Positions 25,751 to 34,636 of a stretch of DNA of 64,000 nucleotides are shown here, piece after piece (the first letter of the stretch is position 1; every line of letters starts with the position of its first letter). The notes below the pieces were generated by a model. The model saw only the letters and a program-made list of their open reading frames with translations. It ran no database searches and was not told the origin of the DNA. Position numbers and translations under genes: made by a program. This DNA comes from Candidatus Levyibacteriota bacterium. Lineage in GTDB: Bacteria; Patescibacteriota; Microgenomatia; Levybacterales; UBA12049. The stretch covers positions 126,651 to 190,650 of the forward strand of contig JACPLF010000007.1 in assembly GCA_016186645.1 (NCBI GenBank), given 5' to 3'.

Positions 25751-26199
25751 TGAAAATTTATTTAGGAACAGACCATGCGGGATTTGAATTTAAAGAAAAA
25801 ATTAAAGAGTTCCTTCTTATTTTAAAGTACGATGTTGTCGATTGTGGCGCTCATGTGTATGATAAAAACGATGATTATCCGGACTTTATCAGTAAAGTTG
25901 CAGATAGCGTTTCTAAGGATACAAATTCACGAGGTATTGTTCTGGGCAAATCGGGGGCCGGAGAATGCATTGTCGCAAATAAATATAAAGGTGTTAGAGC
26001 ATTTCTCGCAGTGAATGATAGAAATGTAAGGCTTGCAAGAGAACATAATAACGCAAACATTATGTCTTTAGGATCAGAGATTGTTGCGCTTGAAAAGGCA
26101 AAAGATCTTGTAAAGCTCTTTCTTGAAATACCATTTTCCGCAGAAGAAAGACACATTAGGAGAATTAATGAAATTAAAGAAATTGAAGACAAATGTTAA
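25750..26199 (+). CDS. rpiB: ribose-5-phosphate isomerase B
   Basis: MKIYLGTDHAGFEFKEKIKEFL..., GxGxGxxIxANK; 149 aa. Confidence 0.85.
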   Translation: MKIYLGTDHAGFEFKEKIKEFLLILKYDVVDCGAHVYDKNDDYPDFISKVADSVSKDTNSRGIVLGKSGAGECIVANKYKGVRAFLAVNDRNVRLAREHNNANIMSLGSEIVALEKAKDLVKLFLEIPFSAEERHIRRINEIKEIEDKC

Positions 26200-27470
26200 T
26201 TAAAAATTTTGATGCTTTAAACAAAACCCCTCAAAGGAAAATTTGTCTGGATTTAATAGAGTCGGCCCTTTTATCAATTCAACCCGAAAATATAATTCAA
26301 AAAAATATTTCTTTAAAAGAAAGTATTTTAACTATCCAAAATAAAACTTTTGATCTTAAAAATTTTGATAGAATTTTTCTAATTGGCTTTGGAAAAGGGT
26401 CTGCAGATATTTCTAAAAAAATAGAAACCTTACTTAAAGATCGATTAACAGATGGCTATGTTATTGATACAACAAAAGAAGAATTTTCAAAAATAAAATT
26501 TACTTTGGGAACCCATCCATTACCATCTCAGGAAAACTTTGATTTTACCCACAATGTCATTTCAAAATTTTCTAACCTTACGGGAAAAGATTTAGTTTTG
26601 GTTGTAATATCCGGCGGAGGATCTGCAATGCTGGTTCATCCCCATAACATAACGCTTGATGAAAAAATAAAAGTTGATAATGCATTACTTAAGTCAGGTG
26701 CCGATATTATAGAGATAAATATTGTAAGACAACATCTGTCAGACGTAAAAGGAGGAGGTCTTGCTCAAATATTATATCCTTCAACAGTAATTAGTCTTAT
26801 TTTCTCCGACGTGCCTGGAAATGATATTTCATATGTTGCATCCGGGCCAACAGTAAAAGATCATACAACAGTTTCGGATGCAATTAATATTATCAAAAAA
26901 TATAATCTCGAAAAAGAGCTTAACTTATCCTACGAAGCATTTGCAGAAAATCCCAAAGAAGATAAATACTTTGAAAAAGTTAAAAACATAATAGTATTGA
27001 GCAATTTAACAGCCCTGCAGGCTATGAAAGAAAAAGCAAAAGAACTGGGAATAAATGCAGCAATTTTTACAGACAGATTTCAGGGAGAAGCAAAATTGGC
27101 CGGAAAAAAGTTAATTAATAAAGCTCCAAATAATCAGATCCTTTTGGTAGGAGGAGAAACAACTGTAAAAGTTTTAAATCAAAATGGAAAAGGAGGAAGA
27201 AACCAAGAGCTGGTTCTGGGGGCATTACAGTATATAGACAACGATACGACAATTGCGTCTTTTGCAACGGACGGATGGGACAATACGGAAGCGGCCGGTG
27301 CAATTGGAGACTTTCTAACAATTCAAAAAGCAAAAGAACAAAATCTTGATCCGGGAAGCTTCTTGCAAGAAAATAATAGCTTTTACTTTTTTGAAAAAAC
27401 AGGAGACGGAATAATTACCGGCCGCCTCCCCTCCAACGTCTCCGACCTCATGATTGTATTAAAAAAATAA
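26193..27470 (+). CDS. glycerate kinase (MOFRL / DUF4147 family glycerate 2-kinase)
   Basis: 425 aa; N-terminal DUF4147-like and C-terminal MOFRL-like regions (VVISGGGSAMLV, LVGGETTVKV). Confidence 0.65.
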   Translation: MLIKNFDALNKTPQRKICLDLIESALLSIQPENIIQKNISLKESILTIQNKTFDLKNFDRIFLIGFGKGSADISKKIETLLKDRLTDGYVIDTTKEEFSKIKFTLGTHPLPSQENFDFTHNVISKFSNLTGKDLVLVVISGGGSAMLVHPHNITLDEKIKVDNALLKSGADIIEINIVRQHLSDVKGGGLAQILYPSTVISLIFSDVPGNDISYVASGPTVKDHTTVSDAINIIKKYNLEKELNLSYEAFAENPKEDKYFEKVKNIIVLSNLTALQAMKEKAKELGINAAIFTDRFQGEAKLAGKKLINKAPNNQILLVGGETTVKVLNQNGKGGRNQELVLGALQYIDNDTTIASFATDGWDNTEAAGAIGDFLTIQKAKEQNLDPGSFLQENNSFYFFEKTGDGIITGRLPSNVSDLMIVLKK

Positions 27471-27545
27471 ATGATTTTAAATCCTAAAATACGTCAAGTT
27501 TGGGCAGATAAGACGTTTGAATTTACCAACAACACTTGATTTACT

Positions 27546-27662
27546 ATGAAAATTGATTCTTTAACACTATATCTTATCGGCATAATAATTATTCTTTCTA
27601 TAGTAGGGTTCATTGGTTATTTAGATACAAAAAGTAATGTTAAAAAATCAAACAAAAAATAA
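27546..27662 (+). CDS. possible 38-aa single-TM micro-protein
   Basis: MKIDSLTLYLIGIIIILSIVGFIGYLDTKSNVKKSNKK*; not in ORF track (under 60 aa); hydrophobic core plus basic tail. Confidence 0.25.
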   Translation: MKIDSLTLYLIGIIIILSIVGFIGYLDTKSNVKKSNKK

Positions 27663-27717
27663 CCCCTTTTTATTCTCAAGCCAAAACCAAATTTGATTCT
27701 AAAGACAGGGTGTCAAG

Positions 27718-28530
27718 CTAGACCGCCTCGAGGGTGGACGAGGGTGGGCTTTTTTTCATTTCTTCAAAACGACCACCTATATACCTAGGAGATTTCGGCG
27801 GAAGCGAACGCGTAGAGCCCAGGAAGCTACCATCCAACGATAATCTGTAAGAGACATAAAACCCATAACAAATGAGACGAGAACCAAGCCATGACCATGT
27901 ATTTACATCGAAACGTTCTCCCCTTAAAACTCTACTTGCTTCAGAGGCGAGGATATATGTATTTTCTCGTTGCGGAACGTATCCTTGTCTTATGGAGTGT
28001 TTCTTCAGATCTCTTCGAGTAGTACCAAGATTTGGAGCATCAAGAGTTGCTTCTACTTTAACCCATACGCCTTTTGTATTAGTATCAGATCTATCCTGCA
28101 CATTAGCACCTTTTTGAACTGAAGAATTTTGTATACTCGGACTAAGATACATTTGTTTCAATTTTGCTAGTCCTTCTTGTCCCATAAGCTCGCCTGGAAT
28201 ATAGACCAACATCGAAGGAACCGCGTTGCCTCCCGTGTCTTTCATTGGCAATCTTATTTCTTCTTCTGTCCAGTTGCAGTCGGGCACAGAAATCTCAAGT
28301 CCTACTCTTTTACCATCTACTTGCAATTTTACCCGCCAATAATTAGTAAGAGCTTCTGGAGAAAAGGGATTTGCTTTAAGTTCTGCAATTGCTTCGCCCA
28401 AAACATCAGATGGCAAAGGGTTTGTCTCATCTGGGACTACTGCTTTGGGCACAGAAGATTCTGGTACGCCTCGCATTCCTGGAATATTACCTTTAAATCT
28501 TCGTGCTAATATCTCTAGAATTGCTGGCAT
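27718..28530 (-). CDS. hypothetical protein, compositionally atypical (noticeably higher GC than neighbours)
   Basis: 270-aa ORF with balanced amino-acid composition and no recognisable motifs; sits between glycerate kinase and tkt. Confidence 0.35.
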   Translation of the reverse strand: MPAILEILARRFKGNIPGMRGVPESSVPKAVVPDETNPLPSDVLGEAIAELKANPFSPEALTNYWRVKLQVDGKRVGLEISVPDCNWTEEEIRLPMKDTGGNAVPSMLVYIPGELMGQEGLAKLKQMYLSPSIQNSSVQKGANVQDRSDTNTKGVWVKVEATLDAPNLGTTRRDLKKHSIRQGYVPQRENTYILASEASRVLRGERFDVNTWSWLGSRLICYGFYVSYRLSLDGSFLGSTRSLPPKSPRYIGGRFEEMKKSPPSSTLEAV

Positions 28531-28608
28531 ATTAAAAAAATACTATTATAATTATAAAACTATAAGTTAGCTGTTGTCAAGTTTTTTTGTACGTGTTACT
28601 ATAAATAA

Positions 28609-29466
28609 ATGGTAGATTTAACTTCGGAAAAATTAAAAGATTTAGAAAACAAAGCAAATAAGATAAGACAGATGATTATTGAAATGCTTGTTGAGGCGGG
28701 ATCAGGACATTCAGGAGGACCGCTCGGAATGGCAGATATTTTTACGAGTTTTTATTTTCATATTTTAAATCACGACCCAAAAAATCCAAGTTTGCCTGAC
28801 CGAGACAGACTAGTTTTGTCCAATGGACATATTTGTCCTGTTCAATATGCCACAATGGCTTTGGCCGGATACTTTCCGATTGATGAACTAAAAACTTTAA
28901 GAAAAATAAATTCCCGTTTGCAAGGACATCCTCATAGAAGCTCTCTTCCCGGCGTCGAAACAACTTCAGGGCCTTTGGGTGAAGGATTGTCTCAGGCAAT
29001 TGGAATAGCATTAGCCGGAAAGATGGACAAAAAAAACTATCGTGTTTACTGTCTGACATCTGACGGAGAACATGAGGAAGGAAATACATGGGAAGCAGTT
29101 ATGTTTGCGGCAAAAAATAAATTGAATAATTTAATTCAGGTTATAGACCGCAATTATATTCAAATAGATGGCAGAACAGAAAATGTTATGCCTCTTGATC
29201 CTTTAAAAGAAAAGTATGAATCTTTTAATTGGAATGCAATAGAGGTAGATGGAAATGATATTAAGAGTTTTATTGTGGCTATTGAAAAAGCCAAATCAAT
29301 GTTGGATAAACCAACTATTATAATTGCGAAAACAATTCCGGGAAAAGGTGTGAGTTTTATGGAAAATGATTATCATTGGCACGGCAAGCCGCCAAATAAA
29401 GAAGAAGCCGAGAAAGCTCTAGTTGAACTACAAGCATTGAGAGAAAAAATTATAAAAGGAGAGTAA
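28609..29466 (+). CDS. tkt: transketolase, N-terminal (TPP-binding) subunit
   Basis: GSGHSGGPLGMADI TPP motif; 285 aa; partner C-terminal subunit at 29944. Confidence 0.85.
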   Translation: MVDLTSEKLKDLENKANKIRQMIIEMLVEAGSGHSGGPLGMADIFTSFYFHILNHDPKNPSLPDRDRLVLSNGHICPVQYATMALAGYFPIDELKTLRKINSRLQGHPHRSSLPGVETTSGPLGEGLSQAIGIALAGKMDKKNYRVYCLTSDGEHEEGNTWEAVMFAAKNKLNNLIQVIDRNYIQIDGRTENVMPLDPLKEKYESFNWNAIEVDGNDIKSFIVAIEKAKSMLDKPTIIIAKTIPGKGVSFMENDYHWHGKPPNKEEAEKALVELQALREKIIKGE

Positions 29467-29943
29467 CGATTCTAATATACGAATGTATACTAATAATACG
29501 AATAGAAAAATAAATAAAGACAAACTGATATTTCCCGAACTTTCTTATATGTTAACGGGAATTTGTTTTGACGTCCATAACGCTCTGGGCAGATTCTCTA
29601 AAGAAAAACAATACTGTGATGTGCTGGAAGAAAAATTAAAAAACTCTAACATTCCTTATGAAAGAGAATTAAGAGTAAAAAATACAGGCAACATATTGGA
29701 TTTTCTAATAGATAATAAAATTATAGTGGAAATAAAGGCCAAAAGGATACTTCTAAAAGAAGACTATTATCAATTACAGCGTTATCTTCAAGTACTAAAC
29801 ATGAAACTTGGTTTATTAATAAACTTTCGGAACCGCTACTTAAAACCCGCAAGAATTATCAAAATAGACACAGATGCAAGAAAAAAATTCGTACAACAGT
29901 AGTATTAGTATAATTAGTATGCATTAGTATATTCGTATCGCTT
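29467..29943 (+). mobile_element. small inverted-repeat-flanked element carrying a PD-(D/E)xK (GxxExxY/PDDEXK_3-like) gene, inserted between the tkt subunit genes
   Basis: Left end cgattctaatatacgaatgtatactaataatacgaat and right end cattagtatattcgtatcg match the two halves of the 71-nt palindromic element at 30939-31009. Confidence 0.5.
29483..29902 (+). CDS. PD-(D/E)xK nuclease-fold protein, GxxExxY (PDDEXK_3) family
   Basis: ELSYMLTGICFDVHNALG ... ILDFLIDNKIIVEIKAKRIL ... LQRYLQVLNMKLGLLINF matches the family pattern (ELSY..IG.A..VH..LG; DLLV..KIIVELK; LNYLK..GLKLGLLINF); D-x(n)-E-x-K core. Confidence 0.7.
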   Translation: MYTNNTNRKINKDKLIFPELSYMLTGICFDVHNALGRFSKEKQYCDVLEEKLKNSNIPYERELRVKNTGNILDFLIDNKIIVEIKAKRILLKEDYYQLQRYLQVLNMKLGLLINFRNRYLKPARIIKIDTDARKKFVQQ

Positions 29944-30933
29944 ATGCTTAATCCTGATTTAAAACTCAATCAAAAATTATTTGATCAAGACGTAGAAGTC
30001 AAACCCACTCGCGCGGGCTATGGCGAAGGACTTTTGGCACTTGGAGAAAAAAATCCCAATGTTGTGGCTCTTAGTGCGGACCTGACCGAGTCAACATACG
30101 CTCATCTTTTCGCAGAAAAATATCCTGATAGATTTTTTCAATGCGGTGTTGCCGAACAGAATATGGCAGCAATTGCTGCGGGTCTTGCAGTTAGCGGAAA
30201 AATTCCGTTTATCTCCTCCTACTCAACTTTTTCTCCCGGTAAAAACTGGGAAACTATTCGAACAACTATTATTTATAACAACGCCAATGTAAAAATGGCA
30301 GGCCATCATGCGGGAATAATGACAGGACCCGATGGCGCGACTCACCAGGCAACTGAAGATATTGCAAGCGTGAGAAGCTGGCCAAACATAAAAATTCTTG
30401 TTCCTTGTGACAGTATCGAGGGGAAAAAAGCAACAATTAGCGCTTCCGAAATAACAGGCCCCATCTATCTTCGTTTTTCTCGAGATAAAACGCCAATTAT
30501 AACAACCCCTGAGACTCCATTTGAGGTAGGCAAAATTCAAACTTTTTGGACAACGGAAAATCCTGTTGCCACTATTTTTGCAACAGGGTACATGCTTTAC
30601 TATTCAATTTTGGCCGCGAAAGAATTAGAGATAGATGGAATAAAAGTATTAGTCGCAAATGTCTCAGCAATAAAACCAATGGATCAAGAAGCTGTACTTT
30701 CTTATGCTAAGAATACTAAAGCATTTGTTACTGTTGAAGATCATCAAATAACAGGCGGGCTTGGCGGTGCAATTGCAGAATTTCTAGCTAAATTTATTCC
30801 AACGCCAATGGAATTTATCGGACTAAAAGACACATTTGCAGAATCGGGCGCACCAAAAGAGCTGATTGAAAAATATGGGATGGGGAAAGAAAGTATAAAA
30901 GAAGCAGTAAGAAAAGTGATTGGAAGAAAATGA
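29944..30933 (+). CDS. tkt: transketolase, C-terminal (pyrimidine-binding) subunit
   Basis: 329 aa; Pyr domain and C-terminal domain motifs (FQCGVAEQNM, GPDGATHQ). Confidence 0.85.
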   Translation: MLNPDLKLNQKLFDQDVEVKPTRAGYGEGLLALGEKNPNVVALSADLTESTYAHLFAEKYPDRFFQCGVAEQNMAAIAAGLAVSGKIPFISSYSTFSPGKNWETIRTTIIYNNANVKMAGHHAGIMTGPDGATHQATEDIASVRSWPNIKILVPCDSIEGKKATISASEITGPIYLRFSRDKTPIITTPETPFEVGKIQTFWTTENPVATIFATGYMLYYSILAAKELEIDGIKVLVANVSAIKPMDQEAVLSYAKNTKAFVTVEDHQITGGLGGAIAEFLAKFIPTPMEFIGLKDTFAESGAPKELIEKYGMGKESIKEAVRKVIGRK

Positions 30934-30938
30934 TTATG

Positions 30939-31009
30939 CGATGCTAATATACTAATTCGTACCAATAATACGAATTTGTATCATTAGTAACATTCGTATA
31001 TTGGCATCG
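30939..31009. repeat. 71-nt nested palindromic element (cargo-less copy of the GxxExxY element ends)
   Basis: cgatgctaatatac ... gtatattggcatcg terminal inverted repeats, 1 mismatch; inner aattcgta/tacgaatt pair; fills the whole tkt-FAD oxidase intergenic space. Confidence 0.6.
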
Positions 31010-31014
31010 ATTTT

Positions 31015-32667
31015 ATGAATGACAATCTCGCACAACAACTTAAAGCCGTCATCAAAGGTGATATTTTATCAGATGAAAAAACACTTACCGAGTATAGTCA
31101 TGATGCAAGTCTTTTTGAAGTAAAACCTCAAGTAGTTGTAAATCCAAAAGATGTATGTGACTTAAAAGCATTAGTAAAATTTGTCAGTGAAAATAAGAAA
31201 AATAATCCTTCTTTCTCTTTAACTGCAAGATCCGGCGGAACAGATATGGGCGGAGGGGCAATAAACGATTCTATTGTTGTTGCTTTTCAAAAATACTTTA
31301 ATCATATGAAACCTATAAATAACAATATTGCCAGCGTAGAGCCCGGTGTATTTTATAGAGAATTTGAAGAGCAAACTCTAAAACAGGGTCTTATTTTTCC
31401 ATCTTATCCTGCATCTAAGGAAATCTGTTGCCTGGGAGGAATTGTAAATAATAATGCCGGAGGAGAAAAATCACTTAAGTATGGAACAACAGGACAGTAT
31501 GTTAAAAGAGTAAGGGTAGTTCTTTCCGATGGCAACGAATACGAGTTCAAACCCCTTTTTGAAAATGAATTAAATGAAAAAATGAAACAGGAAAATTTTG
31601 AAGGAGAAATATATAGAAAAATGTATAGACTTATTATTGATAATTATGCCGAAATTATAAAAGCCAAACCTGATGTATCCAAAAACTCCGCAGGATATTA
31701 TTTATGGAATGTGTGGGACAAAGAAAAACGAATTTTCGATTTAACAAAGTTATGGGTTGGCGCTCAAGGAACATTGGGCTTACTTGTTGAGGCAGACATT
31801 CAACTTGTGCCTATTCGCAAACACCGCGACATGATGATTATTTTTTTACATGACTTGTCCCACCTAAGTCAGATTGTTAAAGAAGTCTTATCTTTTAATC
31901 CTGAAAGTTTTGAAGCATATGATGATAGTACTTTAAAGCTTGCGCTAAGATTTTTCCCCGAATTTGCTAAATTATTAGGAACAAAAGGAATTATTCAAAC
32001 AGCCCTTAGTTTTCTCCCGGAATTTTTTATGATCATGTTTGGAGGTTTGCCTAAATTAGTTCTTCAGGTTGATTTTACCGGAGACAATATTGAAGACTTG
32101 CAGAACAAAATCAAAAAACTTAAAGAAAGATTAAAACCTCTTCATCTGCAAATAAGAATTGCTCAAGAAAATCAGGAAGAAAAATATTGGGCAATAAGAC
32201 GCGAAAGCTTTAACTTGCTTCGTAAAAAAGTACGCAATAAACACACAGCTCCTTTTATAGATGACTTTATTGTTAAGCCGGAATATTTATCAAAAATTTT
32301 GCCGCAGGTAGTAAAGATTATCAAAAAACATCCGGAATTTATGTATACAATTGCAGGGCACGTTGGAGATGGGAATTTCCATATTATACCACTGGTTGAT
32401 ATTGCTAATCCTAATGTAAGAAAAAATATTCCAATTATTGCAGATCAAATTTACGATTTGGTTATTAAATATAAGGGCTCTATAACAGGAGAACATAACG
32501 ACGGACTTATTCGCACTCCCTATCTAAAACGAATGTATGGTCAAAAAATAATTTCTCTTTTTGAAGAGACCAAAAACGTTTTTGATTCCCAGAACATATT
32601 TAACCCGCGAAAAAAAGTCTTTGGAGATATCAATTTTGCAATGAACCACATCCGACAAAATTGGTAA
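31015..32667 (+). CDS. FAD-binding oxidoreductase (GlcD/D-lactate dehydrogenase-like, PCMH-type FAD domain)
   Basis: ARSGGTDMGGGA FAD-binding motif; 550 aa. Confidence 0.7.
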   Translation: MNDNLAQQLKAVIKGDILSDEKTLTEYSHDASLFEVKPQVVVNPKDVCDLKALVKFVSENKKNNPSFSLTARSGGTDMGGGAINDSIVVAFQKYFNHMKPINNNIASVEPGVFYREFEEQTLKQGLIFPSYPASKEICCLGGIVNNNAGGEKSLKYGTTGQYVKRVRVVLSDGNEYEFKPLFENELNEKMKQENFEGEIYRKMYRLIIDNYAEIIKAKPDVSKNSAGYYLWNVWDKEKRIFDLTKLWVGAQGTLGLLVEADIQLVPIRKHRDMMIIFLHDLSHLSQIVKEVLSFNPESFEAYDDSTLKLALRFFPEFAKLLGTKGIIQTALSFLPEFFMIMFGGLPKLVLQVDFTGDNIEDLQNKIKKLKERLKPLHLQIRIAQENQEEKYWAIRRESFNLLRKKVRNKHTAPFIDDFIVKPEYLSKILPQVVKIIKKHPEFMYTIAGHVGDGNFHIIPLVDIANPNVRKNIPIIADQIYDLVIKYKGSITGEHNDGLIRTPYLKRMYGQKIISLFEETKNVFDSQNIFNPRKKVFGDINFAMNHIRQNW

Positions 32668-32670
32668 ATT

Positions 32671-33222
32671 ATGGGAACTGTAACTTTAGGCGGAGGGCCT
32701 GCCCGCTATGCCACGGCAACCCTGGCAGGCGGGTGTTTCTGGTGCACAGAGGCTTTGTTCAAACGATTAAAAGGAGTTTTGTCTGTTGTTTCAGGATACA
32801 GCGGAGGGGAAACGGATAATCCATCTTATGACAAAGTCTCTCAGGGTACCACAGGACATGCTGAAGCGATCCAGATTGAGTTTGATCCGTCTATAATTTC
32901 TTATGAAAAGATTCTTAAGGTTTTTTGGGCTACTCACGACCCAACCACTTTAAATCGGCAAGGAGCTGACGTTGGCACACAATACAGATCTGTTATTTTC
33001 TATCATAATGAAAAACAAAAAGAACTAGCTGAGAAATCCAAACAGCCTTCTTTTGTAACCCAAATTCTGCCATTTGATAAGTTTTATAAAGCAGAAGATT
33101 ACCACCAAAATTTCTATGACAAAAATAAATCATATCCCTATTGTCAGATTGTGATAAATCCAAAAATCCAAAAACTCTTGGAACAATTTAAAAAGGACGT
33201 AAAAGAAGATGCAAATAATTAA
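32671..33222 (+). CDS. msrA: peptide methionine sulfoxide reductase MsrA
   Basis: ATLAGGCFWCTEALF catalytic motif. Confidence 0.85.
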   Translation: MGTVTLGGGPARYATATLAGGCFWCTEALFKRLKGVLSVVSGYSGGETDNPSYDKVSQGTTGHAEAIQIEFDPSIISYEKILKVFWATHDPTTLNRQGADVGTQYRSVIFYHNEKQKELAEKSKQPSFVTQILPFDKFYKAEDYHQNFYDKNKSYPYCQIVINPKIQKLLEQFKKDVKEDANN

Positions 33223-33847
33223 GCCTCATACAGTATTGGAAGAAAAGCTTTGGAAGAAAGGTTTTATTAATGTTGTGGGCATTGATGAAGCGGGAAAGGG
33301 ACCATGGGCCGGGCCGGTAACTGCTGGCGCTGTACTTATTCATTCTAAAAAACAGGTTGTAAAAACTGTTCGCGACAGTAAGCTGATGACGAAGTTACAA
33401 AGAGAAAAAGCTTTTGAAAAAATTATTAAAAAATCTTCAGGATTCGGAATTGGAATTGTCAGCGAACAAGAAATAGATAAGATTGGTATTCAAAAAGCAG
33501 TAAAAAAAGCAATGTTAATCGCTTTAAAAAACTTAAAATTGAAATTTAAAATTAAAATATCCTATCTTCTCGTCGATGGATCCAAGACTATACCCCTTAG
33601 AAAAAAGAATGCTAAAAGAATTTTAAGAGGAGGGCTTTATCATTATTCTATATCCGCAGCATCGGTTCTCGCAAAAGTAACGAGGGACGAATTAATGAAA
33701 AAAATGTCTAAGCAATATCCGAACTACGGATTTGAAAGACATGTAGGATATGGAACAAAACTGCATATGGAAAAACTTAAGACGCATGGGTTTTCCCCTA
33801 TTCATAGAAAGTCCTTTGCTCCAATAAAAAACATGCTCAATGTCTGA
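33209..33847 (+). CDS. rnhB: ribonuclease HII
   Basis: GIDEAGKGPWAGPV active-site motif; contains an in-frame (ttgaaaa)-type repeat at 33526-33562. Confidence 0.85.
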   Translation: MQIIKPHTVLEEKLWKKGFINVVGIDEAGKGPWAGPVTAGAVLIHSKKQVVKTVRDSKLMTKLQREKAFEKIIKKSSGFGIGIVSEQEIDKIGIQKAVKKAMLIALKNLKLKFKIKISYLLVDGSKTIPLRKKNAKRILRGGLYHYSISAASVLAKVTRDELMKKMSKQYPNYGFERHVGYGTKLHMEKLKTHGFSPIHRKSFAPIKNMLNV

Positions 33848-33934
33848 AGAATTATTTATTTTTGATAAGAAGGTGCTGAGTAATCCATTGAAGATTTATT
33901 ATATCAAAATAGTTAAGATGTCCATACTTCCTAA

Positions 33935-34573
33935 TTAATTTCTCTTTAAATGTTCTGGTTCTGTTGTTCCTCTTCGTTTTGCGTATAAAAGATAAGGAAT
34001 TATGCTTAATAAATTTGTAGTTGCTGCCAGATAAAATAAAAACGTAAAGCCATAACTACTAGCAACAAAACCGCCAATGGTTGCAGACATTGCCATTCCC
34101 ATAAAAACAAATCCGTCGTAAATACTCCACTCCGTAACTTCTTTATTTTTATCTAGATGCATAGAAAACAAAGAATTTTTTGCAGGGGTGGCAATTCCCA
34201 GTCCCATTCCAATTACGCTATAGAAAATAAATATCGAAGTAACGCTGGTCGTCATAGCAAATCCTAAATAACCGATACTAATAAGAATAATTCCGGCAAT
34301 AGATATTATGAATTTTTTCATTTCCTTTGATTTGGATAAATATCGGCCGCTAATCAATTCAAAAATAACTCTAACAATCAAATAGCAGCTAAAGGAAGAG
34401 GCGGCAATTTCTGTACTGCCCCCCGGTATTTTGGTAGCTGCAAAAATGGCAAAGATTGGAATAATCGCGTTCCAAGAAGACCAAAGAAATATCTCAGAGA
34501 TTATAAATGCTTTAACGACTCCATTCATGTGGAAATCTGAAGGTTTTCTCCCAATAAAAATTTCTTTTATCAT
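33935..34573 (-). CDS. integral membrane protein (6 TM, transporter-like fragment)
   Basis: 212 aa, hydrophobic throughout. Confidence 0.35.
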   Translation of the reverse strand: MIKEIFIGRKPSDFHMNGVVKAFIISEIFLWSSWNAIIPIFAIFAATKIPGGSTEIAASSFSCYLIVRVIFELISGRYLSKSKEMKKFIISIAGIILISIGYLGFAMTTSVTSIFIFYSVIGMGLGIATPAKNSLFSMHLDKNKEVTEWSIYDGFVFMGMAMSATIGGFVASSYGFTFLFYLAATTNLLSIIPYLLYAKRRGTTEPEHLKRN

Positions 34574-34636
34574 TACTTTAGCATAACAAATTAAAGCAGT
34601 ATTGCAAATTTAGATTAAAGCTGTTAATCTTGATCC

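Noticed and set aside
27650-27790. Possible tmRNA or other structured RNA (gagggtggacgagggtggg repeats, cctcgagg palindrome, T-run)
   Set aside because: No tRNA-like acceptor/T-arm, no tag-peptide reading frame, and the region is covered by a clean 270-aa ORF; left as an atypical CDS.
28609-30933. Split transketolase as a possible disrupted gene or pseudogene
   Set aside because: Two-subunit transketolase is a well-known natural arrangement; both halves have intact motifs. Only the inserted element between them is unusual.
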